Positions 41,201 through 50,055 of a stretch of 64,000 bases of DNA are shown one piece after another. The position numbers were made by a program, and so were the translations under genes. How positions within the stretch are numbered: the first letter of the stretch is position 1; each line of letters opens with the position of its first letter. This DNA comes from a virus (taxonomy: Duplodnaviria > Heunggongvirae > Uroviricota > Caudoviricetes). The DNA lies in IMG/VR virus record IMGVR_UViG_3300047163_000032, positions 32,877 to 96,876 of that record; one strand, given 5' to 3'. The notes below the pieces were generated by a model that was given only the letters and a program-made list of their open reading frames with translations, searched no databases and was not told the origin of the DNA.

Positions 41201-44200
41201 TCTCGCGCTAAAAGGTTCGACTCCAAAGCAGACGCGATCTCGTGGGCGGTTGAGAACAAGGATAACGTTCACGGACTGCAAATCTGGCAGACCCCGGACG
41301 GCAAAGCGTTTTCAATCTTTGTTCCCAAGTCTCCAGACACGCTCTTCCAGATGGAGCCGATGAACCGCGAGGATGCGGAGCGGAGAGTCGCCGAAATCCG
41401 TCGCAAGATGAATCTTCCAGAATTCGCATTGATGCGCGGTCGGATGAAGGACGACATCAAGCGGTTGGAGGACAAGTTCTACCTGAGTGGGCCAGCGCTT
41501 ATCAATGTCAAGCCGGGGGAACCAAAGCCCGGTATTCAACCGTTCACGACTATCCCTGAGTTTAGGGAGAAGCCAAAGCCAATCAACCTGTTCCCGGAGG
41601 AGGATAGCAATGCAAGGCAATCAAGCGGACTACTTGAAAGACCTGTTCGGGTTTCAGACGGTGGCCGAACTGGAGAAATGGATGAGCCAGCCGTCCGACC
41701 CGGAAGTGAACAAAAGGATGAAGCCGCCAGAGATGGAGATGGAGGACGAACTGGACAAGAGGATCGAAGAAGTCGAGAAGTTCGGCTATTAGACGTTCCC
41801 GATATCCAAGTCTCGCCCATCATTACCTTTCGAGACAGACCTGTTACCCAAGAGGAGCAAAAAAGTTGGGATGAGCGGAGCGAACGGTTCGGGCTTTCGG
41901 TTGGCTTGCCTGTGCCTGAAGTTTCCGTTGCTCCGCACATTGCGGCGCAACTGTCGATTGGCGGTCAAGTCGAAACGGTGAACACCCTTGCCACCGCCCT
42001 GAAACGAACAGATGGGGCAATTCTTGCTACGCCGACGGGCACTGGAAAGACTTACGTTTTGATGGCGCTACTGCGTCATTTGCACGACGAAGGCAAAGCG
42101 CGGAAGACTGTCACGATCACCAGCAGCAATGAAGTCATCAACCAAAAGCGCGGTTTTCTCGATGTGGCAAAGAATGTATTCGGCGTTCCGCTCAAGCAAC
42201 TTGATCCCAAGCTGAGAAACGTGCCAGACGGCCACTACGTGACGACGTGGGCCATGCTGCGGGAGAACCCTAATATCAAGTTGAACAATTGGGACTTGGT
42301 GATATTTGACGAAGCGCAAAACGCTCGCAATTGGACTGAGAGCCAACAGGGGTCGATAGCTAAGGATTTAGGCAAACTATCAAAGAAAATCGTTTGGTCG
42401 TCCGCAACTCCTTTTCATACCGGTTTGGAGCTGGGGTACATGGATGCGCTTGGGTTGTGGCGCGATAAGGGATTTCGCGAGTTTGCCAAGCAACTTGGAG
42501 TCGGTCAGAACAAGGAAGGGGGATGGTACGACAACAGCGATCCTAAGAAAATGCTGAAACTGAATCAGCAACTCGTGGAACGCGGTCAGATGGTTGGCAT
42601 CGACATGGACTACTCCGGCTACCATGCCAATTTCCTCCAGATTCCTTTAACCGCCGAGCATCAGCAGACGATCAGGAACGTCAATCAGGCGTTCGAGTTT
42701 GCCTATCGCTACTACAGCGTGAGGGAGGGAGGCGCGAACATAGTCAACAGCCTTAAAGCAGAGCAAGCAAACTTTGTTAAATCGCTAAACGACCGCATGA
42801 AACTTCCAGCGTTGATCGAGAGGATCAAAGAAGCGAACAAAGCTGGATATCGGACGGTAATTTTCTCCGACACCTACGCGGCAAAGACCGAAATGCCGAA
42901 TCGGTTGAAGGTGGTTGATGAGTTGATGGGCGGAAAACTGTCTGAGTTGTGGCCGAAAGAACTCCCCGGAGTGATGCAGGAATTGAAGAAGGGGCTTGGC
43001 GACAAGGTAGGGAACTTTAGCGGCGGAAACGAAGGAGGACTTGATGACCGAGGAAGGAGAGTTAGCTCCGACGCGCAATCGGTCAGAGACCTACGGGCAT
43101 GGCAAAACGGAGCATTAGACAACCTCTACAGCAGCTACGCCAAGGGCGGAACCGGCGTGAATATGAACGACACGGTTGGCGAAAAGCCTGTGATGGCTTT
43201 CTATCTGGGGTCTCCGTGGTCCGGAGTGGCGTTCCAGCAAGGCGTAGGGAGACCGTACCGCTACGGAACAAAGTCGGATGTTCAAGCCGTATTTTTGACC
43301 ACCAACGCCCGGTCTGAAGCGCGATTGATGTTGACCAAGGTTGCTCCGAGATTGGAAAAGCTGAAGGCCGGGGTTAACGGGGTTGAAAACGATCCAATGG
43401 TCGCGGCGATGCGAAAGTTGGATTCCGTAAGACACGATGTTGCGGCTTACGAAATAGGCCAAGAGCATAAATTCGAGGCCAATGACTTTGCTGTGACCGA
43501 AGAAATCCCTGTGATGAACCATAAGCAGTGGGTGATGCCTCATTCGCGGGAGATGATTGGCCCAGACAAGGGCATGAGGTATCCAGGCGGACAGGATTGG
43601 AAACCGGGCGTACTGCATCTGTTTCAGGCAGACGGCTCTCTGTATCAGGGAGGTTTTGATTCCATCGATTCGGACAAGGCAAAGCGGTTTACCGCCGACG
43701 TATCGAAAGACTTGGCCGAGGGAAACACTCTTCCGGGCGTAGGGGATCAGTTGTCGGATTTAGACCCCGGCGACAGGAGAGTGAAGGCGGATCAGATCGG
43801 CCCGGTTGTGACCGACATCGTGGAACGGATGGAGACGGACAACAAACAGGCTGCGGCTCGGATGGAGTACGAGAACGGGCTTCAGGAGTTGTTGGCGGCA
43901 AAGAAGGCCAACGAGATTCAGGCTACCCGCGAGGGATGGAAATGGACGCGCAACAAGGACGATGGTGGCGACAATAGCGACGGGGGAACCACAGGAGGAG
44001 CGCCGTCTTACAAACCAGCGCCGGACGACTCCGATCCCGACAACGTGAAAGTTCACCGGTTGCTTCTTTCCGGGCGGTTGAACCTTGAGAACATCGGTCG
44101 CCAATCCGGATCTTGGGAACAGGGCAAGCACCTCAAATGGATGAACGACCGCTACGAGACACGGAACGACAACTATCTGGGGACGCTCCAGACGATGATG

Positions 44201-46117
44201 TACGACGCGATCAAGGGGTTGAAGGACAAGGACGCAAGAGTTTTCTGGATGGTCAAAGAAGGCAAGATGGCGGCACCGGACGAGCGTATCGCCAAGGCTG
44301 TCGAAGCCTACACCAAGTACACGGATTATGTGCGCGAAGAAGGCGCTCGTCTTGGGGTAAAGACCTTCTTTGGAGCGAACGGGGAAATCTTGTGGAGCCA
44401 AATCGCCAACGACCCGAACTACATGCCGCACTACTTCGATTGGAACGAGAAGCACACGATGGTCAACCCGGACACCGGGGAAAAAGTAACCTTTACGTTG
44501 AACGACCTGCTTAAAGGGCAAACCCTTTCCGACATTGCTTATCAGAAAAACATCGAGACGTTAAGTAAAAACATCGGATGGGACAAGTCAAAGATCGAAG
44601 ATTGGCTGCAAAAGAAAAAGAAGTCCTACCGGGTCAAGGGCAATATCGAACGGGCGAGAGAAGCCGACCTTCCGCTCTATCGCATGGATTTCCATGCGCT
44701 TCACCAGTATGCTGCGGCTGCGGCTGAAGCGTTTGCCAGAACCGAAGTTTTCGGCCAGCAGCTTGAAAAACTGGATGCTCAAATCGCGCTGATTCCAAAC
44801 CCCAAGGGACGCGAGGTTATTAAGGGGTTGTTCGATGAACGGTTGAACCCGGAGCGGTGGGGGCCGAGGGACGGCAATTTCTACAAAGCGGTGACGACGG
44901 CGGAAATCGGTATGAAGATGGCGTTCTCGGCGGCCAAGCTGCCGGGTCACTTGGCGCATCAGGTTGTGGCCTCAGAGAACCTTGGGGCGCTCATTAAAGG
45001 CATTCTGAAGACTGCGGGCAGCCTAAAGGAAGCGGAACGCTCAGCAAGCCTGTCAGGGGCCATAGGAAGGCATTCCTACGCAATGGCTCAAGTCGAAGTT
45101 GCCAAAAGCATGAAGTTGAGCAACATTTTGCTAGGGAGCACCGGGTTCAACTGGGTGTACAAGCTGGATCGGATTATGAGTTCCGCCGCATCGCGAATCG
45201 ACATGGAGCAGCAATTGTTGCCGGAACTGAAAAGAGGAGGCAAGGACGAGGCCCACGCCAGAAGGATTCTTCACGACAACTACAAACTGTCGCATGAGGA
45301 AATCGATATGGCAAAGAATCTCGGCAGGTTCACCGATGAACAGATACGCATCGGACAGGCGGGGATGGCAAACACGGTTCTGTGGACTTCAAGCCCGATG
45401 GAATTGCCCCCGGACATGCGCGGCAAACCGGAGGGCATCCGCGAGGTTTTCCGTGTGATGACGGTGTTGAAGAGCTATATGTACAAGGAAATCATGTTCC
45501 AGAAGGAACAGATTTACGATCAGGCGCGTCAGGGAAACTGGGGACCGCTGAAATACGCGGCGCTCTTCTTCCCGATTGTTGGACAACTGATTCAGGCATC
45601 CACGGCGGCGTCGAAAGATGTGGCGTTTGTTCCGTACCGGGCCGCTAAAGGTACCCAGCAGGGAAGCAATACCAAGAAGTATTTGGACAAATGGGCGAAC
45701 CTGTACGCGGAAGTAACCGGGGACGATTCGATGGCGGAAAAGGCCGGGCATTTGATTAACTTCTACATTGATTCGTACACGGCGTTTTCAGCCCTTCGGT
45801 TGATCGGCGAGGTCTCGGACGTATTTTTGAACCCGAGCAAGAAAAAGAAGCAGCAGATGTATCGAATGAATGTGGCACTGCCTTCGGATTTTGCTGAAGA
45901 AATAGCTGGCATTGCATTCTCGGATATTGGCAGAACCTTGAAGACTTGGGTGATCGACGAGGCCGGACGCGGAACATGGCAGGACGGGGAAAAGCTGCAT
46001 AAAGCGAGGGTAAAGGCGGCCGAGAAATGGCTTGGCGACCTGATTCCTTGGATGCGTCCGGCGTTTGAGGCCCCGCCAAAGGATGCGGTCAATACAAGCG
46101 GTTGGGCAAAACGATAG
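35237..46117 (+). CDS. giant polyvalent protein (3626 aa) with SF2/SNF2-type helicase domain and HExxH zincin-like metallopeptidase motif; candidate injected anti-defence/ejection protein
   Basis: Helicase motif I ATPTGTGKTY (~nt 42037), motif II VIFDEAQN (~42304), SAT-like WSSATP, motif VI QQGVGRPYRYG (~43234); HExxH VLHEFFHVM (~nt 40153); N-terminal PPKTLP repeats. Confidence 0.7.
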   Translation: MPVDNTNPPKTLPPDFDNWDKPSGKPPKTLPANFSGWDKPAPTRSTGIGEMPALPQRKLDPLERAGQYLFGKPQEMQPPPQSAFDKNKAWAQSGTYKTALEPAEEQRFQAWVKQNNVPWQDTPDADYDMRGYWKAQQSGDKNAKQSKNANDGKMHFPDTYKTPYHKSFSNESQYALPNAPKWNDQDQLVDSTGKVVFDERHPMPEATGNLQSYDEGVVGKTLRRIGELPTGTGVNLKTAWDRLWGGSEGEIDRRQAHRERINAESSANAGLLEGVPLEIPGIGYIDAGKTLKAAAAVTEGVGENLSDQMMNPGNLALMFAGPARGLVAAESEVAPIAGKVEKTLGTLAHYGFTAQMTYGAGQAAVASGQAFAKGDYESGLRLAVDGLVSGTMAFAGVTDAIAQKRVHDQLNTEAQARYKAPFDKLEPHEKADVVYQAAMKSPMGIDLQRAHREGLRPPPKSVSDELAQRVQDDLEQQRQRLGALANQDVDEDTLEADRRYREGIGKVSADGREVPPVKPEGYDDRQRALPAFPTIWEASADRKAREQRESEAKAENDKRIDEQYTQRIRELTRPRERVEPYILDVPVLSEAERKIMRQEEAEHQARLALAREQAIEAQQKADAERRAQDGEKPQPYSVIDRRAVPLESIQNEVAKAPDTPEILAHKKYTDDLDSAASSITNGRFGAETLHEQLTNRIAYGYKPTPEEQDFRSMYARRRHFERSPEFAKYATEVVAKIDRDAAQDILKTAARESELRDAERAFREKALQATDPEEIDQHMQDAMKAREYAEKAQTEREHRQAELAAAQEPEQVIPNRGNVNVLLGRKTEIILPDGRKIPARYAGVRVSQVIPSHDPFSFEWNEKFEPRKMQPRDYKTNLEAQASLMTRSKRENFILSLLVSDDPTGQQGFPVMLSDGRLPGGNGRFIAEVRAMQEDPTLARRIHAELGKFDIPTEDTFDDQDPIIGVRLLDYTPEDVSDLIKLGSDLNRDFMLGMSQDEQASMNAERLTPENVERISGWLESMPEGSSLKDMFKRRSKQVLDLMVESGIIPENKRVEWMNSDGTEMTERATTTFENMMLGKAVGDPALLSQASADIRNKLARSLTGWIKIQGASDDWQIQSNLQEALRIWHQIETVKPELSMIGKSSDSIVDKFFHPEKYKMGTGFMDFGDDQGVRPLPDSTTLAIVQMLDRIPLHVKRMVEDYADDAEGLQASLMERPSPVESFNRAIGEKVGVEVHPAEWKMTRPLDEGTKRLWDQNQRPVKEAPEKAPEAKKELTPPPTKEKGLKPPPAAKKGELVPPPQPISKAVQKKLDQLPVTGAVKGASQSLALGKVGNDIGKVTAAIQQAWQGIPELQDAYTQARENAIRQPTPENIANAEQAKANLSWKLGDVHALETHKAWLDSLPAGALDPAPEILQSGKTQSVSSEVLANYAKLNSGATITGNGTVKAVEVDGRLFTVVSAGKDGLTMVPLYTPKEWGNRIKGKTVSAENGYRGYKVKFKGKDYILGGRESEWKLTRGESSEEQEFKIGTAFRKGQPVSSDQLRTFLEDHPNTSKYADALMRVLTEVMPRATGKTLDEFIRDHVDNVAFYKEQDFRDQFPESRMAKSENTVRGMMAPAVDPAKRVIMLFEKSQPATVLHEFFHVMRPNLLPEYQAVLEDFAGVEKVKNAKGELVPDWTIEAEEKVARAWEKYHYDGKAPTSALKAVFDHLKELFHSVYKIVKKSAIDVKISPAVREMFDQWYGKEPQELKPPPPKPYDSNELNTLADSLRSASTQPLTVRVVRWEVPSNETISGGTWALIHNDAADSNNPYTKSFGESRVEKKTTVTLRRPLAVEIGNLDANNTESISNSIIEKLAPFANDGVTSVQDMESLIQGDNDEFVEESLGIPKGTIERGRKAQDASGANDAIAVELLRTNGYDGAVQIPQGGGVNAEVIVLDRSAFDNKPKTKGIKAPPPSSLSTDITPQERESASMVADGGADISTRLGESRAKRFDSKADAISWAVENKDNVHGLQIWQTPDGKAFSIFVPKSPDTLFQMEPMNREDAERRVAEIRRKMNLPEFALMRGRMKDDIKRLEDKFYLSGPALINVKPGEPKPGIQPFTTIPEFREKPKPINLFPEEDSNARQSSGLLERPVRVSDGGRTGEMDEPAVRPGSEQKDEAARDGDGGRTGQEDRRSREVRLLDVPDIQVSPIITFRDRPVTQEEQKSWDERSERFGLSVGLPVPEVSVAPHIAAQLSIGGQVETVNTLATALKRTDGAILATPTGTGKTYVLMALLRHLHDEGKARKTVTITSSNEVINQKRGFLDVAKNVFGVPLKQLDPKLRNVPDGHYVTTWAMLRENPNIKLNNWDLVIFDEAQNARNWTESQQGSIAKDLGKLSKKIVWSSATPFHTGLELGYMDALGLWRDKGFREFAKQLGVGQNKEGGWYDNSDPKKMLKLNQQLVERGQMVGIDMDYSGYHANFLQIPLTAEHQQTIRNVNQAFEFAYRYYSVREGGANIVNSLKAEQANFVKSLNDRMKLPALIERIKEANKAGYRTVIFSDTYAAKTEMPNRLKVVDELMGGKLSELWPKELPGVMQELKKGLGDKVGNFSGGNEGGLDDRGRRVSSDAQSVRDLRAWQNGALDNLYSSYAKGGTGVNMNDTVGEKPVMAFYLGSPWSGVAFQQGVGRPYRYGTKSDVQAVFLTTNARSEARLMLTKVAPRLEKLKAGVNGVENDPMVAAMRKLDSVRHDVAAYEIGQEHKFEANDFAVTEEIPVMNHKQWVMPHSREMIGPDKGMRYPGGQDWKPGVLHLFQADGSLYQGGFDSIDSDKAKRFTADVSKDLAEGNTLPGVGDQLSDLDPGDRRVKADQIGPVVTDIVERMETDNKQAAARMEYENGLQELLAAKKANEIQATREGWKWTRNKDDGGDNSDGGTTGGAPSYKPAPDDSDPDNVKVHRLLLSGRLNLENIGRQSGSWEQGKHLKWMNDRYETRNDNYLGTLQTMMYDAIKGLKDKDARVFWMVKEGKMAAPDERIAKAVEAYTKYTDYVREEGARLGVKTFFGANGEILWSQIANDPNYMPHYFDWNEKHTMVNPDTGEKVTFTLNDLLKGQTLSDIAYQKNIETLSKNIGWDKSKIEDWLQKKKKSYRVKGNIERAREADLPLYRMDFHALHQYAAAAAEAFARTEVFGQQLEKLDAQIALIPNPKGREVIKGLFDERLNPERWGPRDGNFYKAVTTAEIGMKMAFSAAKLPGHLAHQVVASENLGALIKGILKTAGSLKEAERSASLSGAIGRHSYAMAQVEVAKSMKLSNILLGSTGFNWVYKLDRIMSSAASRIDMEQQLLPELKRGGKDEAHARRILHDNYKLSHEEIDMAKNLGRFTDEQIRIGQAGMANTVLWTSSPMELPPDMRGKPEGIREVFRVMTVLKSYMYKEIMFQKEQIYDQARQGNWGPLKYAALFFPIVGQLIQASTAASKDVAFVPYRAAKGTQQGSNTKKYLDKWANLYAEVTGDDSMAEKAGHLINFYIDSYTAFSALRLIGEVSDVFLNPSKKKKQQMYRMNVALPSDFAEEIAGIAFSDIGRTLKTWVIDEAGRGTWQDGEKLHKARVKAAEKWLGDLIPWMRPAFEAPPKDAVNTSGWAKR

Positions 46118-46142
46118 TAATTTAGGACAAAGGAGAAATTTA

Positions 46143-46457
46143 ATGGAATGGATCAAAGAGCAGGGTAACGAGACATGGCCGATTCGAGCGCGGATTGACC
46201 GGGTTTTCGATGATGGTAAAGTTAATCGGCTGTACGCATGGCAGCACAAAGACGGAGATTTCACGTTCATGGAATATTGGGCTGGAGATGGAATAGTCGC
46301 CAACCCATTCCCGCCAGCCGAACATGAGGTCGGCCCCGATACGTGCAGGACGTTCGACGAAGAACTAGCCGAATTGTTGGACTTCTACGTAACGCTCTGC
46401 TGCCCAGACCCCGCGCACCCGTCACACATGCAAACAGAGGCAGCTTATGCAGGGTAA
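46143..46457 (+). CDS. hypothetical protein
   Basis: ATG with AGGAG RBS; in frame with track ORF 46065..46457 whose upstream part overlaps the giant gene. Confidence 0.35.
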   Translation: MEWIKEQGNETWPIRARIDRVFDDGKVNRLYAWQHKDGDFTFMEYWAGDGIVANPFPPAEHEVGPDTCRTFDEELAELLDFYVTLCCPDPAHPSHMQTEAAYAG

Positions 46458-46728
46458 GTCCGACGGTTGGACGGATAAAGTATACTGCGCACATGACAAT
46501 GGAAAAACCGAAAGACTGGGAGTGCGTAGATTGTAAGAAGCATTTTGATTTGAAACAGGAGAGGCACTATCAATTCCCCAAGGACGTAATTCACGGGCCA
46601 ATGTGTGATGAGTGCAGCGGCGTGAAACTGTAGACGTAGAAATTGCTGGCCGATCCTTTTACGGAAGACCTGTCTAGGGTTGACATTCCCTGAGTCCAAC
46701 TGTTGGATTTTGAGCGTAGAAGTTTGCT

Positions 46729-46746
46729 GTAGACAAAACTGTCTAC
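46729..46746. promoter_or_regulatory. perfect inverted repeat GTAGACA-aaac-TGTCTAC (candidate operator)
   Basis: Seen directly; lies between a TTGACA hexamer (46680) and the start of the DNA-binding protein gene. Confidence 0.55.
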
Positions 46747-46766
46747 GCTCTGAAATAGTAGTCCTC

Positions 46767-47156
46767 ATGTCTCTTGCATACACCAAGCTGTTCAGTTCAA
46801 TCACTGAATCAACCGTATGGTGCGGAACCTCTCCCGCGCTGAAGATCGTTTGGATCACAATGCTCGCCAAGGCCGACAAGATTGGCCGGGTTCACATGAG
46901 CATTCCGGGGCTAGCAAAACTCGCAGAAGTCTCTATTCAAGAGGCTGAAGACGCAATCGAAAAACTTTTACAGCCGGACACGTATAGCCGAACCCACGAC
47001 TACGAAGGGCGCAGGGTAGAGACCATTGACGGTGGCTGGCGGCTGTTGAATTTCTCCAAATATCGAGACTTGATTAACGAAGAAGAGCGGAAGGCTTACA
47101 AGGCCGAACACGCTAGAAAATCGCGGGCTGCCGCGAAGGAATTAACGTTCGATTAA
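46767..47156 (+). CDS. putative winged-helix DNA-binding protein (replication-organiser/regulator-like)
   Basis: In-frame ATG inside track ORF 46680..47156; HTH-like segment SIPGLAKLAEVSIQEAEDAIEKL; flanked by GTAGACA repeats. Confidence 0.45.
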   Translation: MSLAYTKLFSSITESTVWCGTSPALKIVWITMLAKADKIGRVHMSIPGLAKLAEVSIQEAEDAIEKLLQPDTYSRTHDYEGRRVETIDGGWRLLNFSKYRDLINEEERKAYKAEHARKSRAAAKELTFD

Positions 47157-47160
47157 CTGG

Positions 47161-47200
47161 CGTAGACAAACGTAGACAAACGTAGACAAATATAGACACA
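47161..47200. repeat. three perfect 10-bp direct repeats CGTAGACAAA plus degenerate TATAGACACA (iteron/operator-like), followed by AGCAGAAGC repeats
   Basis: Seen directly, starts 5 nt after stop of the DNA-binding protein gene. Confidence 0.6.
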
Positions 47201-47315
47201 TAGCAGAAGCATAAAGCAGAGAGCAGAAGCAGAAAGAAAAGAAATGCTATCCCCTGAAAGCGGTTCGCAGAACCGTCTTTCAAATAGCGATGGTGGTAAG
47301 GAAACAGGAGGCTAA

Positions 47316-47585
47316 ATGTTCGAAGTGGAAGACCGAGTTCTAAGGATTCCTAGTGGAAAACCGGGAGTAGTGATGGGGATTCAAGAGAGGCCAGCACCAA
47401 TGATCGCTGTTAATTGGGACGACGGAACGGCCGAGCGCGTTCCCCCGGAGTTGTTGCGCTACCCGGACAAGATTGGATCGGCCCCACCTCCATTCGTCCC
47501 ACACTGGAAGCCGAAGCCAGTAACAGGAAAAGTGGTGGCAGCGTTCGAGAGAAATAAGGGGCGGATCACAAACGGGTTTAAGTAA
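47316..47585 (+). CDS. hypothetical protein
   Basis: ORF track; AGGAGG RBS. Confidence 0.35.
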   Translation: MFEVEDRVLRIPSGKPGVVMGIQERPAPMIAVNWDDGTAERVPPELLRYPDKIGSAPPPFVPHWKPKPVTGKVVAAFERNKGRITNGFK

Positions 47586-47805
47586 GACCCAAGAGCGGTA
47601 TGTAAGTGCGGGAAGAAAAAGGGTAAAGTTTTCGCCCAGTACTACGCCTGCGACAAGGCTGGAAAATTCAAGAAGATGGACAACCCTGCGTGGCAATACC
47701 CCGCCGAAAGCGAGCGGCTTGAGATGAAAAAACTCTATCAGGAAAAGTCTGGCGACTACTCGTATTAAAGTGTAAATTGCATACGACTACAAGGAGGAAA
47801 CAGGC

Positions 47806-48082
47806 TGTGATACAGCACAACAACGAGGTGTTCAATATCGTTGGTCTTCCAGAGAGAAAAAACTGTTGTGGAACATGCAATTACCGACCGCCGATTTTCG
47901 AGACTCCAGAAGAGTGGGCTAAGATGATGGACGGTCTCAGTTTTTCGGCTAAGGACAAGCCCCACCGTTGCCACCATAACGAAAACATGGTTTGCGCGGG
48001 GTCGTTGGCGGCAAGACGATCTGGTCTGTTGCAGTGGATACAAGCCCAAAAATTTTTAAGAATGAAGGTGTTAGGACTATGA
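47806..48082 (+). CDS. hypothetical Cys/His-rich protein
   Basis: GTG in frame of track ORF 47777..48082 after GGAGGAAACAGG RBS-like sequence; CCGTC ... HRCHHNENMVC. Confidence 0.3.
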
Positions 48083-48229
48083 AGCCCCTCTTGTTCCGGC
48101 GTGTTGAATAAATATGTTTGACATGTACAGGCTTAGGTGCGTGGTTTCAGAACTCCTACGTGTGGGCCATTTCTTTCCGGCGCATCGAAAGTTAAGATAT
48201 AATCTGCATACGGAGGCCACAGACTAAAC

Positions 48230-49132
48230 ATGGGCGATATTATTTCTTGGGCGGCAATAGCGATTGCGGGAGTATTTGCGGTCATCACGTTTTTTGGGTG
48301 CTTCTTTTCGGTCGGCCAAGCGGAAGCGGCGGTCGTTGAGACTTTTGGAAAGTTCACGCGGGTAGCGCGGTCAGGGCTCAACTTCAAGGCTCCGTGGATT
48401 ACTTCGGCGCACACGGTTGACCTGATGACCAACCAGCTTGACGGGAAAATCGAGACCAAGACGAAGGACAACGTCTTCGTGACGCTTCCTGTCACGATCC
48501 AGTATTGCGTGATCGCCACTGACGAGGGCATCCGCAACAGCTACTACAAGCTTTCCGATCCGGAGCAGCAGATCGAGAGCTACCTCTACAACATCCTTTT
48601 GGGGCACATCCCCGAGATGGACTTGGACGAAATCTTTGTTTCGCAGCCATCAATTGCGCTGAGAGCGACAAAAGAACTTCAGGCAGAGATGACCGAGTTT
48701 GGCTACCAGATCGTCAAGGTGCTCATCACGGACATCACCCCGGACCACAGCGTGAAGGCCGCGATGAACCAGATCAACGAGCAGACGCGGTTGAAGGTGG
48801 CAAACGAGGCCCGTGGCGAAGCCGAAAAGATTTTGGTGGTCAAGCAAGCCGAGGCCGACGCGGAAGCCAAAAGGTTGAACGGCCAAGGCATCGCGTGGGA
48901 GCGCGAAGAGATCGCCAAGGGTTGGCAGAAGTCAATCGAGACCGTCAAGCAGGGGACGGATTTGGACGACAAGGCCGCGACGTTCTTGCTGCTATTTACT
49001 AACTGGACGGACATGCTCAAGGATGTTGGGGAGTCGGACAACTCCACCATGATCTTCATCCCTTCTGGGCCGGAGGGGCTGGTGAACTTTCAGCAAACGA
49101 TGACCAACGCGCTGTTGGCTGGAAAGAAGTAG
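48230..49132 (+). CDS. SPFH/band-7 (stomatin/prohibitin/flotillin-like) membrane protein
   Basis: N-terminal TM (IAIAGVFAVITFFGCFF), then canonical SPFH core and long Ala/Glu/Lys coiled-coil (KVANEARGEAEKILVVKQAEADAEAKRLNGQGIA). Confidence 0.8.
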   Translation: MGDIISWAAIAIAGVFAVITFFGCFFSVGQAEAAVVETFGKFTRVARSGLNFKAPWITSAHTVDLMTNQLDGKIETKTKDNVFVTLPVTIQYCVIATDEGIRNSYYKLSDPEQQIESYLYNILLGHIPEMDLDEIFVSQPSIALRATKELQAEMTEFGYQIVKVLITDITPDHSVKAAMNQINEQTRLKVANEARGEAEKILVVKQAEADAEAKRLNGQGIAWEREEIAKGWQKSIETVKQGTDLDDKAATFLLLFTNWTDMLKDVGESDNSTMIFIPSGPEGLVNFQQTMTNALLAGKK

Positions 49133-49266
49133 TGAGACTGTCGCAAGCGTTCCTCTGTGACGATCTGGGCTGCCAGTGGATCAACGAGCAGCCCAACCAA
49201 TGCGAGAAGTGTGCTGGGAGCGCTTTAACGTCGATCCAAAAATTGCTTGAGGGGGCAGAAGGAAGA

Positions 49267-49633
49267 TATGTGGAGCGGGATCAAGAAGTTGTTCGGCAAG
49301 AAGTCTCAGTCGGCTGATCCGGTAAAAACCGATCAAGAACGGGCGATGGATTGGATCGCTAACGAGCGGTCTATCAACCCGGAATATTTCAAACCTGTAT
49401 CTCCAGCCGGAGACCGGTCAAGACGGATTCGCGCCATTTCATCCGTCCAAAAGTCGGACGACGACAACCCGTTTCTGACGGGCGTGGGGCTTTCGGAGGT
49501 ATACAACTCCGCCCTGAGCTATACCGGAGGCGTGGACAGCCCTCCCAGCGCCATTGCGGATACCTCTACGCCAACCGCAGACTTCACGGATGGTGGAACC
49601 AGTGGTGGAGGAGGTGCAAGTGGCGATTGGTAA
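49267..49633 (+). CDS. hypothetical protein downstream of SPFH gene
   Basis: ATG MWSGIKKLFGKK in frame of track ORF 49247..49633. Confidence 0.35.
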
Positions 49634-49841
49634 CACACTCTCAGTCATTTGCCCTAAGTGTCGAGCATCGGTTGGAGGAAGGTGTCTGGAGCCGATCAAG
49701 GATGGTAGCCAGTACATCGACACGGTTCACAAGGAGCGCGTAATCGAGGCTGAAGCCCCAACGTGCCACAAGTGCGGCAAGCGGTACGACTGGAACATCG
49801 AGATTGAACTTTATGAGCATGAGGACGATTGCGATGTCTGA
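49620..49841 (+). CDS. hypothetical zinc-ribbon protein (CPKC ... CHKCG)
   Basis: GTG after GGAGGAGG; in frame with track ORF 49554..49841. Confidence 0.3.
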   Translation: MAIGNTLSVICPKCRASVGGRCLEPIKDGSQYIDTVHKERVIEAEAPTCHKCGKRYDWNIEIELYEHEDDCDV

Positions 49842-50055
49842 GTTTGAGACGCAGTGGCGAGCATGTTCAAACAAGCTTGGAAAGCCAACCTACAAGATGA
49901 ACTGCCTTTTCTCTCCAAGCGGCCTGAAGGCTAAGGTTTGCAGAAAGTGTGAGGCGGACCGTAAGGGGTACAAGTCTGGCAGCCGACGGGTGATGAGTGG
50001 AAGTTTAAGCCATATTTGGCCTGAGAGAAAGCAGTTGCCGGCGAGGGAGAAATGA
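49837..50055 (+). CDS. hypothetical protein (CRKCE motif)
   Basis: ATG overlapping upstream stop (ATGTCTGA); frame of track ORF 49804..50055. Confidence 0.3.
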   Translation, partial: SEFETQWRACSNKLGKPTYKMNCLFSPSGLKAKVCRKCEADRKGYKSGSRRVMSGSLSHIWPERKQLPAREK

